Shown here: one piece after another, positions 32,069-37,982 of the stretch
How the letters are laid out: each line of letters starts with the position of its first letter
How positions within the stretch are numbered: position 1 is the stretch's first letter
Assembly: GCA_905479705.1 (NCBI GenBank)
Contig: CAJQNP010000006.1
Span: 1 to 37,982, forward strand
From: an uncultured Gammaproteobacteria bacterium
GTDB taxonomy: Bacteria > Pseudomonadota > Gammaproteobacteria > UBA9214
Length of the DNA stretch: 37,982 nucleotides
Direction of reading: 5' to 3'
Notes under the pieces: model-generated
The model's database searches: none
What the model saw: only the letters and a program-made list of their open reading frames with translations
Told to the model about the DNA's origin: nothing
Program-made: the position numbers and the translations under genes

Positions 32069-33199
32069 CTAGTAATCCAATCCCAGCCCGATGATGAATC
32101 GAAAATCATCCTTCTCCGGCACGACCCCGTCCGAACCGGCGGTCGGGTTCTGGATATGATCCCAGATAAACGAGGTATCGAAATCCAGCCATGACAGCAA
32201 CTCGGTCTCCAGGGTCGCGATGGCGTGGTGCGTATAGCCGCCAGAAGCCTGGTTACCGGTAATAGTGCTGTAGCCCAGGATCAGGTCCATCTTGCTGTTC
32301 AACTCGTGATCGTAGTTGGTACCCAGCCACAGGGCAGGCGTTGATTCACTGCTGTTCTCACCCTGCTCGACATTCTGAAACTTGGTGTACTTGAAGGCCG
32401 GACCACCGGAGACGCTCCACTCGGTTTTCGAGGTATCGATCAACTGGTAACCGGCGCCGGCACCGAGAGTGAACTGGTAGGAAATATTCTGGAAGGGATC
32501 CCGGAAATATTCCGCAAGCATTGGTCGCCAGAAGAAGCGCCGCGTCTTGAAGATATCGTAGGTACTGCGCAGGCGGTGGTTGTCATCGGTCTTGATACCC
32601 AGCGACTCGCTGTAGTAACCGAGGTAATCGGTAATGAAGCGCGAATTCGCCGTGCGCCGCTTGGTATTCAGGTTCAGGTTGAGGTCGCGCTTGTTATTGT
32701 TACCCTCGCTGATATTCAGGCCCAGTGAAAACTTGGCTGACCAGTAGTTTTTCTCCTTCGGGGCACCGTGCGCAATAGAGATAACATCCTTACGATCGAT
32801 TTCCGTGACTTCCTCACCGGCGACGACCATGACCCGCTCGTCCACCACCTGCAGGTTACCGACGACCCGTTCGCGACCCTCGGCATGGACGCTGAACGTT
32901 GCATGGCCACGAACCTGCTTGATGTCAGCCCAGTCGATGCTCAGCAGCCCCAGGTTGTCACTGTCGAACTCGATCGAGTCGTCATACAGTACCTTTAACT
33001 CGCCCTTGAGCCATTCACCGGAGGTCAGCTGAATCCAGTCGAACTCATCCGGTGGTGGCGGTGGCGGTGTCCATGCCTCGGGCTTGTCAGCCTCGGCAAT
33101 GGCCCCGGTATCCGCGGCCATCGCGGTTGCCTTTGCACCCATGCCCAGGGCAAGTAACAGTATCAGTGAGAAATATTTCACCTTGTTGATTCTCTTCAT
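32069..33199 (-). CDS. DUF481/YdiY-like outer-membrane beta-barrel with N-terminal extra domain
   Basis: Signal peptide, DWIQLTSGEWLKGEL, LG....EGN, EYFRDPFQNI, GAGAGYQ, terminal aromatic (IGLGLDY). Confidence 0.8.
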   Translation of the reverse strand: MKRINKVKYFSLILLLALGMGAKATAMAADTGAIAEADKPEAWTPPPPPPDEFDWIQLTSGEWLKGELKVLYDDSIEFDSDNLGLLSIDWADIKQVRGHATFSVHAEGRERVVGNLQVVDERVMVVAGEEVTEIDRKDVISIAHGAPKEKNYWSAKFSLGLNISEGNNNKRDLNLNLNTKRRTANSRFITDYLGYYSESLGIKTDDNHRLRSTYDIFKTRRFFWRPMLAEYFRDPFQNISYQFTLGAGAGYQLIDTSKTEWSVSGGPAFKYTKFQNVEQGENSSESTPALWLGTNYDHELNSKMDLILGYSTITGNQASGGYTHHAIATLETELLSWLDFDTSFIWDHIQNPTAGSDGVVPEKDDFRFIIGLGLDY

Positions 33200-33478
33200 A
33201 GGGACATCCTTAGCCTGTCGGTTAGTCTGCAGTGCTGAATTGCGCCGTTGTCCGGGCGCAGCGGGGCGGTAATAGTACGTACATGCCCCTGGATAGTGCA
33301 GCGAAATGATAATGATTCAGATGGAAAAAACCAGTCAGCCGGGATTGCCTTAATATCGCGGACTAGCCGGTCAACAAATTGGCGCAGACCACCCCGCCGG
33401 CACCGCACCAGGGTGGTTTAGCGGCGAGTCCGTGCCGGGCTGCTGGCTCGTCCGCCGTTACCTGAGAAAACGCGGCGA

Positions 33479-33505
33479 AAACTTGGCAAACTTGGCAAAC
33501 TTGGC
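33479..33505. repeat. (AAACTTGGC)3 short tandem repeat
   Basis: Three exact 9-bp copies 35 bp upstream of the permease ATG. Confidence 0.85.
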
Positions 33506-33540
33506 ATCTAATCAGGAACGGTAACTATCAGGGAACGACC

Positions 33541-35322
33541 ATGACGACAGATCAGGCCATATTATTCACACTGCTGTTTTTCGTGTTTGCCATGCTGATC
33601 TGGGGACGCCTGCGTTACGACCTGGTTGCCTTCATGGCCCTGACGGCGGCGCTGATCCTTGGTGTGGTGCCCAAGGACCAGGCCTTCTCGGGATTTGGAC
33701 ATCCGGCAACCATCATCATTGCGCTGGTACTGATCGTCAGCAAGGGACTCTCCAATTCCGGCGTTATCGAGCTGGTTGCGAAACAGGTCAGCCGCTTCTC
33801 GCAGTCACTGCAGACCCACATCGCTGCCATGGCCGGGATTGCTGCCGGCCTGTCTGCGGTGATGAATAATGTTGCCGCGCTGGCGCTGTTAATGCCGGTG
33901 GATATACAGGCGGCCATCAAGGCCAAACGCAGCCCTGCGCTGACGCTCATGCCGCTGTCTTTTGCCACCATACTGGGCGGCTTGATTACCCTGATTGGCA
34001 CACCGCCCAATATCATTATTGCCGAGTTCCGCCAGCAGGCGCTGGGCCAGGGCTTTTCCATGTTTGATTTTGCTCCGGTGGGGCTGGTCTGTGCCGTTGT
34101 CGGTGTGTTGTTTGTTGCCATCATCGGCTGGCGCCTGTTGCCGGCTGAATGCAGGGAGCAGAACTGCACACAGAACCTGTTCGACGTCAGCGAGTATGTA
34201 GCAGAGCTGCATGTGCCCGAGGACTCCCCGGCGGTCGGTCAGCGGGTGCGTGACCTCGATGCGGTTGCTGAAGACAATGATGTGGCAATCGTGGGATTGA
34301 TACGCCGCGGCAAGCGAATGCCTGGCCAGGCACGACTGGTGGAGATCAGTGCCGGAGATATCCTGGTCGTGGAAGCGATTCCCGAGGCCATGGACAAGAT
34401 CGTCGGTGTGCTCAAGCTTGATTACTCTGCCAAGGGTTTCGATACCGGCCCGCTTAGCAGCGATGACATGTCGTTGCTGGAAGTTGTGGTGCCCGGTGGT
34501 GCACGCATCGAGGGCCGCTCGGCATCCTCGCTGCGTATACAGTATCGCTATGGCGTTACACTGCTGGGTGTATCGCGCGAAGGCAGGCAGTTTCGCGAAC
34601 GGGTGCGTCATCTGGAGATCAGGGCCGGTGACGTACTCCTGCTGTTTGGTCCCCGTAACGTGCTCGGGGAAATCAGCAGCTGGCTGGGTGCCTTGCCACT
34701 GGCCGGAGCAGAAAACCTGTCTGTAACCAAGCGTCACAAGGCGTGGCTGGCGGCAGGGCTGTTTGCGGCCGCCATCCTGCTGGCCAGTGCGGGTGTGCTG
34801 TATCTGCCGGTTGCACTTGCCATCGTGGTTGCAGCCTACGTCCTGTTGAATATCCTGCCGGCCCGCCAGGTGTATGACTCAATCGAATGGCCGGTCATTG
34901 TGTTGCTGGGTTCGATGATTCCCCTCGGTGTGGCACTGGAGGCAAGCGGTGGTACGGCGCTGATTGCTGATGGCATTACTGGCCTGGCCGAGGGCTATTC
35001 ACCGGTGGTGGTGTTGACCCTGTTGATGGTCGTGACCATGACGCTGTCTGATGTGATGAATAATACGGCGACAGCGGTGATTGCCGCACCGATTGCCCTG
35101 GATATCGCGCATCGTCTGCAGGTGAACCCGGATCCTTTTCTGATGGCCGTGGCCGTGGCCGCATCCTGCGCCTTTCTGACACCCATCGGCCACAAGAACA
35201 ACACCCTGGTGATGGGGCCCGGTGGATACCGATTCGGTGACTACTGGCGCATGGGCCTGCCACTGGAGGTGTTGATTATCGTGGTGTCGATACCGATGAT
35301 TGTCTGGGTCTGGCCCCTGTAA
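33541..35322 (+). CDS. SLC13/DASS-family permease with TrkA-C domains
   Basis: RYDLVA, AFSGFG.PA, MNNVAA, LGG..TLIGTPPNII, two RCK_C-like regions, MNNTAT, F.TPIGH..N..V..PGGY.FGDY...G.PL. Confidence 0.92.
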   Translation: MTTDQAILFTLLFFVFAMLIWGRLRYDLVAFMALTAALILGVVPKDQAFSGFGHPATIIIALVLIVSKGLSNSGVIELVAKQVSRFSQSLQTHIAAMAGIAAGLSAVMNNVAALALLMPVDIQAAIKAKRSPALTLMPLSFATILGGLITLIGTPPNIIIAEFRQQALGQGFSMFDFAPVGLVCAVVGVLFVAIIGWRLLPAECREQNCTQNLFDVSEYVAELHVPEDSPAVGQRVRDLDAVAEDNDVAIVGLIRRGKRMPGQARLVEISAGDILVVEAIPEAMDKIVGVLKLDYSAKGFDTGPLSSDDMSLLEVVVPGGARIEGRSASSLRIQYRYGVTLLGVSREGRQFRERVRHLEIRAGDVLLLFGPRNVLGEISSWLGALPLAGAENLSVTKRHKAWLAAGLFAAAILLASAGVLYLPVALAIVVAAYVLLNILPARQVYDSIEWPVIVLLGSMIPLGVALEASGGTALIADGITGLAEGYSPVVVLTLLMVVTMTLSDVMNNTATAVIAAPIALDIAHRLQVNPDPFLMAVAVAASCAFLTPIGHKNNTLVMGPGGYRFGDYWRMGLPLEVLIIVVSIPMIVWVWPL

Positions 35323-35341
35323 TCCGGAATAACCAGATCCT

Positions 35342-35749
35342 GTGCGTGACTCCATCACTGTAAGCACCCATGAAAGGGAGCAACTGGTCGACATCACTAC
35401 CCAGGTGGTTGCCGTCGTCTCTCGCAGCGGCATCCGCAACGGCCTGGTGAGTGTGTATGCACAGGGTGCGACCGCGGCAATCATGATCCAGGAGAACTGG
35501 GATGAAAGCGTGCAGACCGATGTGGTGCACTTGCTGCAGAAGCTGATACCCAGGGGGGTGTGGTTGCACGACCAGCAGGACGGTAACGGTGACTCGCATC
35601 TCAAGTCAGGCCTGGTCGGACCCTCGGAGACCATCCCGCTGATCAACGGTGAACCGGGTCTCTCGCGCTGGCAGAACATCTTCCTGTGCGAATTCGATGG
35701 CCCTCGATCAGAGCGAACTATCGTTGTCACCGTAATATCAGACGATTGA
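35342..35749 (+). CDS. yjbQ: YjbQ/UPF0047 family (secondary thiamine-phosphate synthase)
   Basis: LVDIT, TAAI.IQEN.D..V..D, HD..DGN.DSHLKS.L.G, WQ.IFLCEFDGPR.R. Confidence 0.9.
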   Translation: MRDSITVSTHEREQLVDITTQVVAVVSRSGIRNGLVSVYAQGATAAIMIQENWDESVQTDVVHLLQKLIPRGVWLHDQQDGNGDSHLKSGLVGPSETIPLINGEPGLSRWQNIFLCEFDGPRSERTIVVTVISDD

Positions 35750-36322
35750 TGGCCCTCAACACTCCCGGGACGCTAATCAATGCTTTCAAGGCAAGCCGGG
35801 ATTGCTGCTAGCGCCCTTCTGACCCGCATGCAATGACAGGAAACCGTGCGCCAGGGCACAAGTAACCGGTTTCCAGTATTCAGGAAACCCGTGATGTCGC
35901 TGGGACCGGCGAGATGAACCGCCCCAAGACCTGTATTTCAAGGACGCCCCCGGGATGCAAGAAGCACCCAGGCACAGATACATACCATGCAAAACCATGG
36001 GGTTAGGCAATAAAAACACGCCGGGTTAGCAGTGACTTGATGCTGAACGGGCTATAGCCACAGTGACAAGAACACCCGCTGCCCCGAAGGGAGACGGTGA
36101 CAGAGCAGGCCCTGCAGAGTATGGGCCCGCCACACAAAGTGGGTAGGCCCGTGTATTACCAATTACCAGGATAGTGAATGGCTTGCATACCCCATCATGG
36201 CGGCATCTCCCGGAGACAGCCAGGGGGTATACTTCCGCCCGTTCCAAACCCTTGGGATATTCAATTTTATAATAATTTACGGTCGTCACTGGCGGCTGTA
36301 CGCAGAGTATACGGAAAATAAA

Positions 36323-36454
36323 ATGTCGATCTTTGAGAAAACAAAACACTGCACCAAGAGATTCCCTTGCCGCTACAAGCTGGTAATGATGGCATCTACC
36401 CTTGCAATTATAGCCTCCATTGTTGCGGTGCCCTTTATTTCTGAAATAGCCTAG
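36323..36454 (+). CDS. Putative 43-aa membrane micropeptide
   Basis: MSIFEKTKHCTKRFPCRYKLVMMASTLAIIASIVAVPFISEIA; TATAAT at 36268-36273 and GGA upstream. Confidence 0.4.
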   Translation: MSIFEKTKHCTKRFPCRYKLVMMASTLAIIASIVAVPFISEIA

Positions 36455-36623
36455 GGCTGGATAGCTGCCGTTGTCCGTACAGTCCCTTCCTGTGCTGCGA
36501 TAAAAAACCTGGCCCCCGTCAAGGTGCGGCCCCGCTGTACCCGCGCCAGAAAATAAAGCCTAAAGAACCGGGAACGGTCGCCGCTACATGTGAAATACGA
36601 CTATCTGGGGCTGGGGGGCTGCT

Positions 36624-36710
36624 ATGATACGTACACTCTATGCATCTACGTGCGGCGCACTGATATTCATTGTGGCCGTAATCCCGCCAATCCTTGTCAT
36701 TCTTGATTAA
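36624..36710 (+). CDS. Putative 28-aa hydrophobic peptide (below ORF-track cutoff)
   Basis: MIRTLYASTCGALIFIVAVIPPILVILD*; G-rich RBS-like GGGGGG 5 nt upstream; hairpin 19 nt downstream. Confidence 0.4.
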   Translation: MIRTLYASTCGALIFIVAVIPPILVILD

Positions 36711-36729
36711 CCAGAATTCCGCTTGATAT

Positions 36730-36750
36730 AACCCGGCACCAGGCCGGGTT
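36730..36750. terminator. Hairpin between convergent micro-ORFs
   Basis: AACCCGGC-ACCAG-GCCGGGTT, 8-bp stem; only short U-tracts. Confidence 0.45.
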
Positions 36751-36765
36751 TGCTACCAGTGACGC

Positions 36766-36888
36766 TCAAAGAGAAAGCGCTCGACGCTGATTGTCTCTCT
36801 GCCTCCTCCACCACCATGCACAATTAGCCAGCAGAACAATAGCTGGCTGAGTTATATATCTGGGAACTGTGTAATGATTTCGTTGCAT
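36766..36888 (-). CDS. Putative 40-aa peptide
   Basis: GGAGGTGAGG RBS before ATG 36888; MQRNHYTVPRYITQPAIVLLANCAWWWRRQRDNQRRALSL. Confidence 0.4.
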   Translation of the reverse strand: MQRNHYTVPRYITQPAIVLLANCAWWWRRQRDNQRRALSL

Positions 36889-37061
36889 GCCCTCACCTCC
36901 CTGCAGCATAAATTTGCCTGAGGATATATCGGCAGTTAGTTTGCTCGACTCAAGGGTTTTGTTGGGCGGGTCTGAAAGCAGTGCGCAATCAATGAAGTAC
37001 ACCCCCCGTTAGCCCGGATCGTGCACAGAAACGCCTCGGACGCAGGTCTGCTTAAATAAAC

Positions 37062-37280
37062 CTACATGGCTGTGGAATATACTGGCTCCAGGGTGATTTT
37101 GAGAAAGTGCACTCTTGCAGTGAGTCGACTCAGCAACTCCAATGCGTTCGTTTTCTCTTCATCAGTACACTCATAACTGCTCAACCTTTTGCTCAACCGG
37201 TTGGCGTATGCAACAGCCTCCAGAATAGTCATGGTATCGATTCGTTCCAGTTCTTCTTGTTGCGTGGCCTTGTGCGTCAT
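37062..37280 (-). CDS. Hypothetical helical protein (72 aa)
   Basis: GAGGGA RBS before ATG; amphipathic helical composition; no recognised motif. Confidence 0.55.
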   Translation of the reverse strand: MTHKATQQEELERIDTMTILEAVAYANRLSKRLSSYECTDEEKTNALELLSRLTARVHFLKITLEPVYSTAM

Positions 37281-37508
37281 ATTTCCCTCAGTGATTTTTT
37301 GATATCAACCACAGGTTTAGCGGCCAGACACGCCTTACCCTGAGGGCTGCCAGGGACTTAAAACGGCTCATTCCAGGGGTGCTGAAATCTCATTCATATT
37401 GAATGATCGACAAACACCCTCCAGTGCTCATGGGGAAATGACGACCGAGTTCACTCGTGAGTCGCAGCAGGACCTTGTGGCGGGCCTGGACTGCTGCGCC
37501 ATGACCAT

Positions 37509-37543
37509 AAAAAAAGGGCTTCCTGAAATCAGGAAACCCTTTG
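37509..37543 (-). terminator. Intrinsic terminator after the tRNA-Thr 3' fragment
   Basis: AAAGGGCTTCCTGA-AA-TCAGGAAACCCTTT inverted repeat with an A7 run (U-tract on the minus strand). Confidence 0.75.
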
Positions 37544-37548
37544 TATGG

Positions 37549-37593
37549 TGGAGCCGGCGAGAGGAGTCGAACCCCCGACATCTTCATTACAAG
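37549..37593 (-). mobile_element. 3' half of tRNA-Thr(TGT): probable att-site duplication of an integrated element
   Basis: Reverse complement CTTGTAATGAAGATGTCGGGGGTTCGACTCCTCTCGCCGGCTCCA contains anticodon loop, T-arm, acceptor 3' strand and CCA; no D-arm or 5' stems upstream. Confidence 0.8.
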
Positions 37594-37982
37594 AGGCTTA
37601 TCAGGCTGTGTAATGCATTGTAGCACTGACTAACTACGTGCAACAACAAGCACTTACGTCGCATCAAGCCACCGCATTTCTAATGAATTGATGTAGAAAG
37701 GGTTATGGCGCAAGTGACCAATCGCGTGACTTTTGGCACCGGCGATGGAGGATAAAGGAGGCACCCTCCCCCGGCCAATATCAGCAGGCGGACAGACCCA
37801 GTTTCCCTAGGTCGCCATCGGGGTACTGGTGAAAGCATTACCGGGCGAGCTACTGGGGGATGCAGGAATTGTCTGGTTCTGGTGTCAGGGAAGGTCCACT
37901 TTCAGCACAGGTTCAGTCATTCCCAAATGTAGAAAACCCCTCATCTGCAGGGTTCCTGTATTTCCTGGTACGGCCAATATGC

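Noticed and set aside
31828-32194. ORFs encoding repeat peptides (YESGPTNQRR / MNPAPQTSAV)
   Set aside because: Open only because the 30-bp unit is a multiple of three; no RBS; overlap the DUF481 gene end.
33479-33520. Sigma-54 promoter from the TTGGCA repeats
   Set aside because: No TTGC -12 element at the required spacing after any copy.
37546-37625. Intact tRNA-Thr gene
   Set aside because: No D-arm, and no 5' partners for the anticodon or acceptor stems.
37390-37626. 74-78 aa ORFs spanning the tRNA fragment
   Set aside because: They read through a terminator and tRNA-derived sequence (WSRREESNP is a typical reverse-tRNA translation).

Overview
GC-rich gammaproteobacterial chromosome segment, mostly conserved housekeeping synteny: tRNA-Met, ychF-pth-rplY-prs-tRNA-Gln-ispE-lolB-TPR (minus); hemA-prfA-prmC-hypothetical-moeB (plus); pdxB and gatBAC (minus); mreBCD-mrdA-rodA-mltB-rlpA-dacA-dat-SIMPL (plus); lexA plus an imuA/sulA-like gene under two SOS boxes (minus); ispG, a cold-shock gene, a DUF481 barrel, an SLC13/TrkA-C permease and yjbQ. 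I see no complete novel multi-gene system. The unexplained structure is non-coding or tiny. (1) Several REP-type palindrome families, including a two-variant GTAG REP with two apparent local amplifications: a 49-bp duplication that captured a gene's stop codon, and a 5x30-bp array. (2) A 3'-half tRNA-Thr with terminator and arm-like repeats at 37.5-37.7 kb, probably the edge of a tRNA-integrated island continuing past the window. (3) A cluster of micro-ORFs and hairpins at 35.8-37.3 kb. (4) A probable ATC start codon for mreC. (5) A tRNA-Gln trailer complementary to its own T-arm. (6) An imuA-like gene without imuB/dnaE2. All calls are by eye from sequence and motif recall; no searches were run.
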